Assembly (NCBI RefSeq): GCF_006345805.1
Contig: NC_043002.1
Coordinates: forward strand, 42,718,001 to 42,782,000
Reading direction: 5' to 3'
DNA: 64,000 nt
DNA from: Octopus sinensis
Taxonomy: Eukaryota
Below are positions 27,135 through 38,677 of this stretch, one piece after another. The position numbers and the translations under genes were made by a program. The first letter of the stretch is position 1. Every line of letters begins with the position of its first letter. The notes under the pieces are model-generated. The model searched no databases, was not told where the DNA came from, and saw nothing but the letters and a program-made list of their open reading frames with translations.

Positions 27135-27683
27135 GTGTGTAAATGATTTACGATGAAAACTGGGTATAAGGGGCATCAGATGTGTGCAAGAGAGAAGATT
27201 GCGCTGGTTTGGTCATGTGATGTGTATGGACCAAGACAGCTGCAAAAAGATGCGCCTAGCTCTAATTGTGGAGGTAACCTGTAGAAGGGGTAAACCTAGG
27301 AAGGTGTGGGACAAAGTGGTGAGAAAGGATCTTTGGACAATGGGCCTCACTGAGGAAATGACAAAGGGCTTGAAGATGTGGTGATTTGTTGTACTTGAGA
27401 AGATGCACCAAGCTAAGTAAAATCACTGTCTTCTATACATACAGGCTTGTCCTTTCAGGTGCTGGTGCCACATAAAAAGCACCCATGCTGCATAAATGCA
27501 CCGTACCAGTGGCATGTAAAAAAACACCCACCACACTCTGTTCAGTGGTTGGCATTAGGAAGGGCATCCAGCCATAGAAACCATGCTACAATAGACAGTT
27601 AAAACCTGAACAGCTCCCCAGCTAGCCTGCCCATGTCAAACCATCCAACTCATGCCAGCATGGGAAACAGACAATGATGATGA
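27135..27683 (+). mobile_element. RTE LINE 3' end (ORF2 C-terminus, 3'UTR and (GAT)n tail)
   Basis: QERRLRWFGHV..MDQDSCKK...CRRGKPRKVWDKVVRKDL, then the shared tail ggttggcattaggaagggcatccagcc. Confidence 0.88.
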
Positions 27684-30073
27684 TATATATGTGTGTGTGT
27701 GTGTGTGTATGAATATATATGTACACACAGATACACAGTGTGTATATGATATATATCCATGTGCTTGAAAGTATGATTCACTGTTTTTCTTTACAAAAAT
27801 ATGCCATTTTGTAATGTTCTGCAGACACTCCCTGTATTCATCTCTTATCAATACCAACAGTAAATATATTGCTCTTCTCTTTTTACAGCTTAGAGTTTAA
27901 TGAACAAAAGTAAACAAGTCTGTCAATTAGTAAGTTATTGTATGTTGGCTTGAAGTCTTTCATATTTCTAGGAGGGCATACTGGATTTGAATAAAAGGAA
28001 AGGCTTCACATTAGTCAGCTTAGATTTTTGAATAATATCTTCATTTTAGTTTATGATAGCAGCTACATTTGATAAATCTTTTGCTTAAACTTCACAAAAC
28101 TTCTTAGTTTTCTTTGAAATTACGTACAGAATGTAATTTTAAACGATCATTTTGAAATACTTTTTTTCTCAAGTGTCTCAATATGTTTATTATCATTGCA
28201 TGTAGTACAATATTGGGCTTGTGCACAGTGATAGGTTAGCTTACAGAATCGAGTACCTTACAATATATTGGTTTCGAGTTTTGGCACAATGCCAGCAATT
28301 TCAGGACAGGGGTTAATTGGATTACATCAGCCCCCAGGGTTCAACTGATACTTATTTTATTGTCCGCAAAAGGATGAAAAACAAAGTCAACCATCGCGGA
28401 ATTTGAACTCAGAATGAAATACCCAACATATTAACAATTCTGCCAGCTCACCACCTTAAAATACTATCCAATATATTGAAATTAGTCTTGTTCTTCTAAG
28501 TTTCAGTTCAGATCCTGCTTCAGTTAACTTTTCTTTTCTTCCTTTTGACATTAATACAACATGTATCTTCATGATTACTCCAAAGAAATCAATATCAATA
28601 CTAGGTTTCTATATTACCCTCAGGATTAGATATCCTACAGATAACTAAACTATAAAACCTGTATTCTATCTATTGATGGTGGTTTTGCATTAGTTATTTT
28701 GTTTTTGTTTATATACATATAAATTTGACATGGGCGATTCTTTCTTGTCTTGGGATTCATGGTCAAATGGCTGGATGGAATTGTGTGAAAAATTACACAG
28801 ATGTGTAGAATGATCTGGTGGTGATGCTGGGCTTTGTACTTTTTTCATAGCTTCCATGGTTACCGAGATAATCTACTATAATAATACTCTTGTGTTTATG
28901 AGTAAGGAAGGAAAGGGGTGATGTGATACTTGGTTGTGGGATGATGAAAATTGTATGCTGAAAAAATAAATCAAACAGCGTTTCAACTCTGTGAATATAT
29001 GTGTATGTAAAAGTGGGTGTGTGTATGTGTGTGTTTGTGTGTGTGCATGTACATGCAATGGAAGTGGGACGGTTCATCTTTGTTCACTTAGTATTTGGGT
29101 TTATTTTTTGATTTGGTTGATTTGGTTGGATACATTGTATGGAATTATTAACCACTCCTTTTCTGTATATTGAGCAAAGTCATTTCCTAAATAGTGTTAG
29201 TCATGTTTTCTTTCATCTAATTCAGATTTTTGTCTTTGTGAGGTTTATTTTAAGAATTCTCAGTTCTAGTCTTTGCGTTCATGCATGGAATTTCTTCTGA
29301 AATCTTTGAGTGATTCAACTGTGATAACTAGGTTGTTGGTTGATCCCACGAACAACCAGTTTTAAGCTTCCCTGTTATGACCTAGGGTGCTGTAATAAGC
29401 AGTTGAGAGCTGGGACCCCGTTCTAGTATCAATCTGAATTGCCTTTAATCTAAGCTAATTCTCTTCCTAATAAGTTGTGCTATAAACTCTTTGTGTATAT
29501 GTACAACTAGTTCCAAATGGGCATTTTTGCCTGGCTTGCTCTTTGTATTTTTATTATAATTATTATTGCAGTGAGTTGGTAGACTTATTAGCGTGTTAAA
29601 CAAAATGCTTAATGACATTTCTTCCAGCTCTTTACATTCTGAGATCAAATTCTGCTTAGATGAGCTTTGCTTTTCATCCCTTTGAGGTTGATAAAATAAG
29701 TGCCAGCTGAGTACTGGGGTTGTTGTAATTGATTTACCCTTCCCCTCAAATTGCCAGCCTTGTTCCAAAATTTGAAACCACTATTGTTATCATGGCTTTT
29801 TTTAGCTTTCCTCTTCACTTTCCACTCTACTCTCTGTACTAAAGGAAACCGTATCTGAAACACCATAGCAATTAACTTTTCCCATTTTCCCATTTTTTAA
29901 ATATTAAACTAATAATTTTTATTATGATCTTGTCTTGGTGTTTTTGATTTGTTTCAATAAAGAGTTAAAACTGATTAAGTTGTAAAGATGTTTTAGTTTA
30001 CTTGAATTAATATTATTGAGCTCTCTTTTCTTTAGCATTGTGATAGCCCCACTTATTCTTTTTTGCTTTAAAT

Positions 30074-30433
30074 GAGTGTTTCTCAACTGTTGTTGTACCC
30101 CCACTCTGCCACTTCAAATAACCCCTCCCCCCCAAAAAAATGTGCCCCTCCGTGAAGGGACAAAGTTAGTATACAACATAGGGTCATGAGGAATTTTAAT
30201 TAAAAGACTTAATCCTTTTGTTACCATATTTGTATTGAATTTGTTTCAGTTAATTTTGAAATTAAGGAAAAATTTAGTGAAAGCTGGTATTTGGAATATA
30301 AATTAACACGATTTTTGATAGGTTGGTAAAACTAAGATTACCTACCATTTTTATTCACTTGTTACTTACATCTTATTCTGAAGTAACCCACCAACCACCA
30401 AAATATTGCTACGCCCCACCTTGAGAAATACTA
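30074..30433. mobile_element. Degenerate hAT-like MITE
   Basis: Terminal gagtgtttctcaa / ttgagaaatact inverted repeat; TSD not clear. Confidence 0.5.
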
Positions 30434-31237
30434 GGAGTGAAATAATGGGAAATGGAAAGAAAACGTGCAACACTAACAAAACAGCAACTATTTCGTGAAT
30501 GAGTCCAGTAAATGCCTGGCCTGTGCTTTATTGGGGTGAAATTGACCTTGCAAATAGTTATTTCCTATTCAATCATACAACCATAAAAATGCAGAAAGAA
30601 TTGAGTTAAATCCTTTGACTGGGGACTGTAGTTTAGTTCATTGCCTTTTAATTCATGAACCAGGAACTGGTAATTGCATTTCTCCTTTATAGTAATAATA
30701 ATGATTTGTTTTGATTAGGCATAAAGCCAAAATGTGTATATAAAGAGCAGAGAGAACAGATGATGTAGTATGGTAATGTAGTACTGGATGGTTGCCAGTA
30801 ACCCATTGATGTTTACTTTATCAGCTGCAGTGAAGAAAGTCAACCCCAGTGTAAAGAATCTTTAGTTTGTTACATCTGGATGAAAGCTGCAATGAGGGAA
30901 ATACTTTCTGAAATTATCAAAACAAATAATAGGGACTCTCTTTCTTGGAAATTTTTGTTTTATAGCCTTTATTTTATCTATTTTCTTTCTATTTATTTCT
31001 GTCCTTGACCACTTTGTTTTATAGGTCAAAAAGTGTCTTTGATCTAAATTTTTCCTTGTATATTGCTTTGATAATAATTTATCTATTTACTGTATCTGTT
31101 TATTTCTCTCAATCTGTTTTTAGTGTATGATTCACTCATTCACAAGCCATATTTGATAATATAATAATGATTTCTGATATAGTCCCATGACCACCATTTT
31201 AGTGAAGTATAATTCATTTACCCCCATCCCCCCATAT

Positions 31238-32112
31238 AGAGACAACTGCGCTGGAATGGTCACATGCTGCATATGGATGAGGACAGCTGTGTGAAGAAGT
31301 GTCACACCTTAACAGTGGAGGGAACCTGTGGAAGAGGCAGACCCAGGAAGACATGGGATAAGGTAATGAAACACGACCTTCAAATGTTGGGCCTCACAGA
31401 GGCAATGACAAGCGACCAAGACCATTGGAGATATGCTGTGCTTGAGAAGACCTAGCAAACTAAGTGAGATCATAGTTGTGGCTGATGCCAGTGTCACATA
31501 ACTGGCCTGTTTAAAAGCACCCTTCAATCGTTGGGCAATATGCTGTGCTTGAGAAGAGACCTGTTGAGCCAAGTGAAATTATGGTCATGGTCAATGGCAG
31601 TGTTGCCTGACTGGCACCTGTGCTGGTGGCATGTAAAAAGCGTCATTTGAGTGTGGTCAATGCCAGTGTTGCCTAACTGGCTCCCATGCTAGAAACACGT
31701 AAAAAGCACCATTCAAGCATGGCCGATGCCAGTGCTGCCTGACTGGCACCATGTAAAAAGCACCATTTGAGTGTGGTAGATGCTAGTGTTGCCTGACTGG
31801 CACCTTTGCTGGTGGCACGTAAAAAGTACCATTCAAGTGTGGTCGATGCCAGTGCTGGTAGCATGTAAAATGCACCATTCGAGCGTACTCAATGCCAGTG
31901 CTGCCTGACTGGCTCCTGTGCTGGTGGCATGTAAAAAGCACCCACTACACTCTTGGAGTGTTTGGCATTAGGAGGGGCATCCGGCTGTAGAAATCTTGTC
32001 AGATCAGATTGGAGCCTGGTGCAGCCTCCTGGCTTGCCAGCCCTCAGTCAAACCGTCCAACCCATGCTAGCATGGAAAGCAGACGTTAAACGATGATGGT
32101 GATGATGATGAT
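31238..32112 (+). mobile_element. RTE LINE 3' end with a ~60-bp tandem array in the 3'UTR
   Basis: QLRWNGHMLHMDEDSCVKKCHTLTVEGTCGRGRPRKTWDKVMKHDL...YAVLEKT*, then repeated gccagtgctgcctgactggc..ggtggcacgtaaaaagcacc units and a (GAT)n tail. Confidence 0.9.
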
Positions 32113-32226
32113 AGGTATGGTAAGAACATTAGAGTACAGTATAAAGCTTGTCTAGTCGTCCAGCTTCATATTTCACCCTGTGCTATCCCGTAGCAGTATT
32201 ATATGTACTTCCAGGTTTGTGCCTGG

Positions 32227-32605
32227 TCACTTCAATTGTTTCTACACAACATAGTTCTCCAGGTGTGCAAGTACTTGATTATGCAACCATTTCCCTGCAT
32301 TATGAAATCTAGTTGTGTTTCCTCAGGCAATATGTAAATATTGTCTCTGTAAGTTCAGATTCTTGGCTTCAAGAGCATCCTCTCTGTCTGCCGTGGCCTG
32401 GACTTAGTAGTAGCTAGGTGTGTTGTCGCTGAAGGACCACTGGCGAGACAGACAGGATGTTCTTGAAGCCAATTTGAACTTACAGAGACAATATTTACAT
32501 ATCGCCTGAGGAAACACAACTAGATCTCATAATGCAGGGAAATGGTTGCATAATCAAATACCTACACACCTGGAGAACTATGTTGCGTAGTAACAATTGT
32601 AGTGA
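32227..32605. repeat. Long inverted repeat (fold-back or MITE-like)
   Basis: Arms at about 32227-32396 and 32437-32605 are reverse complements, roughly 90% by eye, around a ~40-nt spacer. Confidence 0.9.
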
Positions 32606-32665
32606 TTGAAAATAAATGTCCAACCGTACTCCTCCTTGTTGACTCCAAATTTAAAAATATTCTTC

Positions 32666-32711
<46 letters not shown>

Positions 32712-33029
32712 AAATGGTGGTGCCCCAGCATGGCCGCAGCTCGTGAGCTGAAACTAGATAAAAAAAAAAAATATATATATATATATATATTTATCAATAC
32801 TGTTGTACACAGGGTAAATGTGTTTGAAAGTTGTGGTTTCTTTGGTATGTTTGTTCCCAAACAACACTTATTTTATTGCTGTTGACACCACTGAATTGAA
32901 TGGTACTGCTCAGATGTTGAAACCATAATGATATCCATGGGGCAGCTGATGATGGAGGCTTGTTGGATTGTTGTTATGGCTGTCTTTGTATATGTGGAGT
33001 AGTATTATAACACATCTTTTGATATATAT

Positions 33030-33645
33030 ACACACGAGGGGAAGTCTAAAGTTATCCAAACTTTCGCCATAAAATATCTTTATTATTGTGACACTGCCTT
33101 CTGTATATGTGCACTTATAGTTAGTGTTACTGGGGTCATGTGATTGAAGTTTGAGCCTCATTGTGCCATTTTTCTTTCTGGTTTTACAGTGTAAGCATGG
33201 CTACTCCACTAGCAATGTGCACTGAAGAACAAAGAGCAGTAATCCAAGCTTGCTGAATCTTCTCATCAGTGGTGGAGGTTGATGGGCATCCTCCTCTCTC
33301 TTTGTGCATCATGCTTGTCCAGCCACTTTTAAACTTTTTGATCCACTCATACACACTTCTATGTGATAGTGCACTGTCCCCATATTGTGTTAAAAGCCTT
33401 CGATGAATTTCAGCACCTGACACACCTTCTGACCAGAGAAATCGGATCACTGTTCTTTGTACTTCTTTGGTGCACATTGCTAGTTCAGTGGCCACTGTAA
33501 AGCCAGAAAGACAAATGGTGTGAACACTCAAACTTCAATCATTTGACCACAATAGTATTAACTATTAGCACACATCTGCAGAAGGCAGTATGACAATAAT
33601 TAAGACATGTTGTGGCAAAAGTGCGGATAATTTTTGACTCGTATG
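33030..33645. mobile_element. Mariner-derived fold-back element (two 5' ends head to head)
   Basis: The minus strand encodes a mariner N-terminal HTH (QRTVIRFLWSEGVSGAEIHRRLLTQYGDSALSHRSVYEWIKKFKSG...RGGCPSTS). The left arm encodes MATPLAMCTEEQRAVI on +. Ends are acgagggg.. and ..ctcgta. Confidence 0.85.
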
Positions 33646-34222
33646 TAGGTGTAAGCATGAGCATGTAGGTGCCGGTGTGGCTGTATGGTTAAGAAGCTTG
33701 CTTCCCAACCATGTGGTCTTAGGTTCAGCTCGATCCCATTCTGTGGCACCTTGGGCAAGTGCCTTCTGCTATAGATCCAGGCTGACCAAAGCTTAAAGAG
33801 TGGATTCAGTGAATGGAAACTGAAAGAGGCCCGTTTAATATATACAATAGCATATGCATGTTTGTGTTTTTCTACATGATGTGAGGACTCTCGACATCAT
33901 GTGGAAAATATTACTTTGCTTGGAAGCAAGTGAGGTGTGGTGACAGGAAAGGTATTTGGCTAAAGAAATTTGCTTCAGCAAATTCTGTCTGATCCTTGCA
34001 AGCTTGGAAAAGTGAATGTTAATTGATGTTGATGATAATGACAGGGAATGTATATCTCTGAGAAAACCCAATAAACTGATGTTTTCAAACAAAATATCTA
34101 GTAATTATTCTGTCCAAGTTGCACAGACACTGTTGTACACCCATCTACTCACATTCATCCTATTTCATTCCAGATGGTTTCAGTCCTCTAATCGTACAGT
34201 GTCTGGCATATATTCTGTATAC

Positions 34223-34856
34223 AAATCAAAACAAATCAAAATAGATGAACATCAATGGAATTTGTATCTTTGTGGTACCAGTGCCGGTGGCACGTGGCAC
34301 ATAAGAAAACCATCCGAACGTGGCCGTAGCCAGTACCGCATCGACTGGCCTCCATGCTGTGAGCACGTAACAAGCACCATCCGATCGTGGCCGTTTGCCA
34401 GCCTCATCTGCACCTGTGTCGGTGGCACATAAAAACACCATCCGAACGTGGCCGTCTGCCAGCCTCGTCTGGCACCTGTTCGGTGGCACATAAAAACACC
34501 ATCCGAGCGTGGCCGTCTGCCAGCCTCGTCTGGCACCTGTGTCGGTGGCACATAAAAACACCATCCGAGCGTGGCCGTCTGCCAGCCTCGTCTGGCACCT
34601 GTGTCGGTGGCACATAAAAACACCATCCGAGCGTGGCCGTTTGCCAGCCTCGTCTGGCACCTGTGTCGGTGGCACATAAAATCACCCACTACACTCTCGG
34701 AGTGGTTGGCGTTAGGAAGGGCATCCAGCTGTAGAAACACTGCCAGATCTGACTGGACTGGTGCAGCTTTCGGGCTCCCCAGACCCCAGTTGAACCGTCC
34801 AACCCATGCTAGCATGGAAAGCGGACGTTAAATGATGATGATGATGATGATGATGA
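34223..34856 (+). mobile_element. Young RTE 3'UTR copy with about five 62-bp tandem units and (GAT)n tail
   Basis: cacc-anchored units at 34436, 34497, 34559 and 34621; tail identical to the inverted copy at 35758. Confidence 0.88.
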
Positions 34857-35177
34857 GAGAATTTCTTTATTGTCATTATCACTAGCAAATCCTCTAGGTT
34901 TATACCTGACTCTATGGATTATATTCACTCCACCATCTGCATTGATTATAAGGTTTAGGTAAAAGAAGCAAGCAAAAGCATTTACAGGTACATTCTCTTG
35001 TATCATAGTCTGTATAGATAGTTTCATTGAAATACTTTCTTGTCTTTAACTATTTAAGATTTGTTGGGTTGTCAGCCTTAAAGGAATTCCTTTTTATATT
35101 GTGCCTGTTTTACTGTATACTTTGGTTTTATAATACATGCATTCTGTTGCTCTGTCAAAGTTTGAAATGTTTGTATT

Positions 35178-35402
35178 AACCCTTTAGCATTCAAACTGGC
35201 CATATCCAGCCAAAATATTTAACCTGTTTTATGTTGAAAATGGCCTGATCTAGTTTCTCCCCTCGACCCTACAATTTCATTCTAAAACTAAACAACCACA
35301 CCATTGAAATCTCAAAGCTATGAGATAGTGCATAATTAATTTAAAACAGTGTAAATAAACAAACATTACATTTGACAGAATAACCTGAATACTAAAGAGT
35401 TA
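35178..35402. mobile_element. TTAA-flanked MITE (piggyBac-like termini); relatives at 4292-4520, 13961-14192, about 20765-20985, 36856-37020, 39962-40201 and 43968-44184
   Basis: Termini TTAA-CCCTTTAGCATTCA ... TGAATACTAAAGAG-TTAA, 160-240 bp long, non-coding. Confidence 0.75.
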
Positions 35403-35757
35403 ATGCAGACATTTTGATACTTGACCTTATTTCTAGATTTTGAACTTATCTTACGGCTTATTCCATTGATTCTGCAATGAGAACTAAGTTTGTGTGCAAA
35501 AGTTTACAGATGCACTTGGTCCTAAATTTGGCTGCAAAGCTTAAAAATACCCCAAAAAAACCAGGAGTGAAGTCTCAAGTCTTGTTATTTGCTTAGCACA
35601 GGTATAGGAACAAGGATCAAATAGCTGTAAACTGTGAACTTTTATCTTGCCATAGTGGAAGCACAACCAACAGCAGAATGTATGAGAAGGGGTAACAACA
35701 ACCGTAATCTTGTAGTGATGGAATCAACTGTATTGCTGTTTATTTTAATTGTAATAT

Positions 35758-36507
35758 ATCATCATCATCATCATCATCATCATTTAACGTCCGCTTTCCA
35801 TGCTAGCATGGGTTGGACGGTTCAACTGGGGTCTGGGGAGCCCGAAAGCTGCACCAGTCCAGTCAGATCTGGCAGTGTTTCTACAGCTGGATGCCCTTCC
35901 TAACGCCAACCACTCCGAGAGTGTAGTGGGTGATTTTATGTGCCACCGACACAGGTGCCAGACGGTACTGGCTACGGCCACGTTCGGATGGTTTTCTTGT
36001 GTGCCACGTGCCACCGGCACTGGTACCACAAAGATACAAATTCCATTGATGTTCATCTATTTTGATTTGTTTTGATTTTCACTTGCCTCAACAGGTCTTC
36101 ACAAGTGTCACAAGAAGGAAGGTATGCACAGGTGGACTGACTACGTCCCAGGTAGGGGCCATGGGTTATGGCCTGACTAGTCTTGCCGGGTCTTCGGATG
36201 GTGTTTTTATGTGCCACCGACACAGGTGCTAGATGAGGCTGGCGAACGGCCACGATCGGATGGTGTTTGTCATGTGCCCACCGCACTGACTACAGCACTG
36301 ATGGATTTCTTGTGTGCCACAGGCACTGGTACCACAAGATACAAATTCCATTGATGTTCATCTATTTTGTCTATTTTGATTTGATTTGATTTGATTTTCA
36401 CTTGCCTCAACCGGTCTTCACAAGTGTCACAAGAAGGAAGGTATGCACAGGTGGACTGACTAGTCTTGCCGGGTCTTCGGAAGGTGTTTTTATGTGCCAC
36501 CGACACA
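35758..36507 (-). mobile_element. Young RTE 3'UTR copy with duplicated internal modules
   Basis: (ATC)n on + followed by the reverse-complemented RTE tail; the module caaagatacaaattccattgatgttcatctattttg..cacttgcctcaac occurs twice. Confidence 0.88.
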
Positions 36508-37354
36508 AAAACCAGACAAGTTCACATAAAACTTGTGCAAGCCATATGACTGGAGGTTTTTAATTATTTAAACAAGTGTACAACATTTGTTATATATTGA
36601 TTAGGAGTTCAATACACAACAAAAAGTTAAAAGAGCAGAAAAGACCATTGATAAATAGTTAACTGGGTTGCAAATTCTTCTCTAAAATGATGTGAAATTT
36701 TGCATTTTCAAACATGGGTTTAACTACGTTACATGCTATCTGTCCATACTTTCTTTGTACAATATTTGCTGTATATATGACTGATATACTTCTCCTGATG
36801 AACAGACATGTTTGTTTTTCACTACCCAAAGCTCTTTTAGAAATATGGTATCTTTAACTCTTTAGCATTCAGATTATTTATTCACATTAATCAGGCATTA
36901 TCTCATAGCTTTGAGATTTTGATGATGCAATTGTTTATTTTTAGAATGACAATGTAGTGTAGGTGTGAGAGGCCTGATCTAGTCAGTTAGCTATGACCAG
37001 TATAAATGCAAAAGGGTTAAGTCTTTGAACCAGTTCTAAGATTAGTTGCTTATGTAAAGGCCACACTATAAATAGTGTGAGCAATGAGCTGTGGTAGTTG
37101 TTGAAAAGAAAGAAATAGTTGCATTGCTTTCCAATTACCATTTATCATGTATTCATTGTTATTTTCAGTGTATCATTCTTAATTTTCAAAGTAGCTAATT
37201 TGTAAGGTTGACTTGTTAGCTGTTTGCATTAATTTAACAGCATAGCAATTTACTTACATTACAGATCTCACTTTTAACTGGCCTATACTTTAGCTTTCTT
37301 AATATAGAATCAGAATATCTGACTACATCTTTGTCTTGATCACCCCTTCCTCAA

Positions 37355-37785
37355 GGTGGCGAGCTGGCAGAAACATTAGCATACCGGGTGAGAGGCTTAG
37401 CAGTATTTCGTTTGTCTTTACGTTCTGAGTTCAAATTCCACCAAGGTTGACTTTGCCTTTCATCTTTTCGGGGTCGATAAATTAAGTACCAGTCACACAC
37501 TGGGGTCGATGTAATCGACTTAATCCGTTTGTGTGTCCTTGTTTGTCCCCTCTATGTTTAGCCCCTTGTGGGCAATAAAGTAATAAGAAATGTTAGCATA
37601 CCGGGTGAGAGGCTTAGCAGTATTTCATTTGTCTTTACGTTCTGAGTTCAAAATCCGCCAAGGTCGACTTTGCCTTTCATCCTTTCGGAGTCGATAAATT
37701 AAGTACCAGTTGTATTCTGGGGTCAATCTAATCGACTCCCTCCCCTTCCTAAAAATTTTGGACCTTGTGCCTAGAGTGGAAAAGA
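37355..37785 (+). mobile_element. Dimeric SINE, family B, with a Nin/Deu-domain-like core
   Basis: Two tandem monomers, each with gactttgcctttcatcctttcggggtcgataaattaagtaccagt, which resembles the Nin/DeuSINE domain as I recall it. Confidence 0.8.
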
Positions 37786-38332
37786 TCACCCTTTTTTCCC
37801 TCTTTCATTGATTCCTCTAAAGTTTTATTTTTTTCTTTACATTTCACTCAACCACTACCATCTTTGATCACAATTGCGTTGAAGTTGTCACCCGTTCCTG
37901 TTTGACATTAATTGATTCTTTGTTTCTATCATAATGAATAAAATAATTATGTGAGCTTCACTTACCACCCATTCATACATGTATTTGCAAATTAGTGAGA
38001 GTTCATCAGAGGTTTCTATTTTTCTTCCTGAATTATATATGTTCTTTATATTCTGGTTGAGTTTTCTGCGTTCACTGTGTAGTCAGTTCTGTTGTCTTAA
38101 ATGAAAAAGTCTTTTTGCCTTTTGAATGTTGAATATTGTTTGATGAATACATTTTGGAAATTCTAAAAAATACTTTTTGTCTTTTCTTTTATTCAGGTTT
38201 ACAGCAATGCCATATACTAAAGTGTGTAAACTTTCTTAGAAATAACCCCAGAGTTGCTGACCACTCTGTTTGTGACTTTGTGCCTGTTAGCACTAGAAAC
38301 ACATTTTTTTCGTCCACATTTCTATTTTCAAA

Positions 38333-38475
38333 ATGTCTGGCATTACTAAAAATCACAATCCTCACGGACTCCGGCCAACAGGTTTGGATCAAATCTGGGA
38401 TGATCTCAAGGAGGGTATTGAGCAGATATACAGGCGAGAAAATATGGCAAAAAGTCGATATATTCAATTATATAC
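38333..38475 (+). CDS. CUL1: Cullin-1, first coding exon (ATG at 38333; the exon probably starts at 38197)
   Basis: Translates [47 protein letters not shown](T), matching the CUL1 N-terminus (human, from memory: [40 protein letters not shown]). Upstream acceptor tttttgtcttttcttttattcag ends at 38196; the donor gtatcctttt starts at 38476 (phase 2). Confidence 0.96.
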
Positions 38476-38677
38476 GTATCCTTTTCTTTGAATAATAATG
38501 TTTTGGTTCCATTGATGGATGTCTGCAAATTTCTGCTCTTGATACCTTGTATAAACCATAACCTTCTTATTAGAAACTTTTATTTTTAATTATTAATATG
38601 TATATAACAAATTTTTTTTTTGTCTAATCTAATTCATCAATCATCTGTTTTTATATTCCAGGAACTCCCTGAAAGAT

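Noticed and set aside
27889-27929. Additional non-coding micro-exon (ttttacag ... a|gtaagt)
   Set aside because: Such site pairs are expected by chance in 38 kb of AT-rich intron, and there is no other support.
34340-34680. CRISPR-like array
   Set aside because: The units are contiguous 62-bp tandem repeats with no unique spacers, and the context is eukaryotic with no cas genes.
34226-36506. Recurring MLAWVGRF.../CHRHRCQTRLA... ORFs as a novel repeat-protein family (also at 7764, 60502-61325 and 63163-63547)
   Set aside because: They are translations of the GC-rich, stop-poor 62-bp RTE 3'UTR units on both strands and in several frames; there is no sign of coding constraint.
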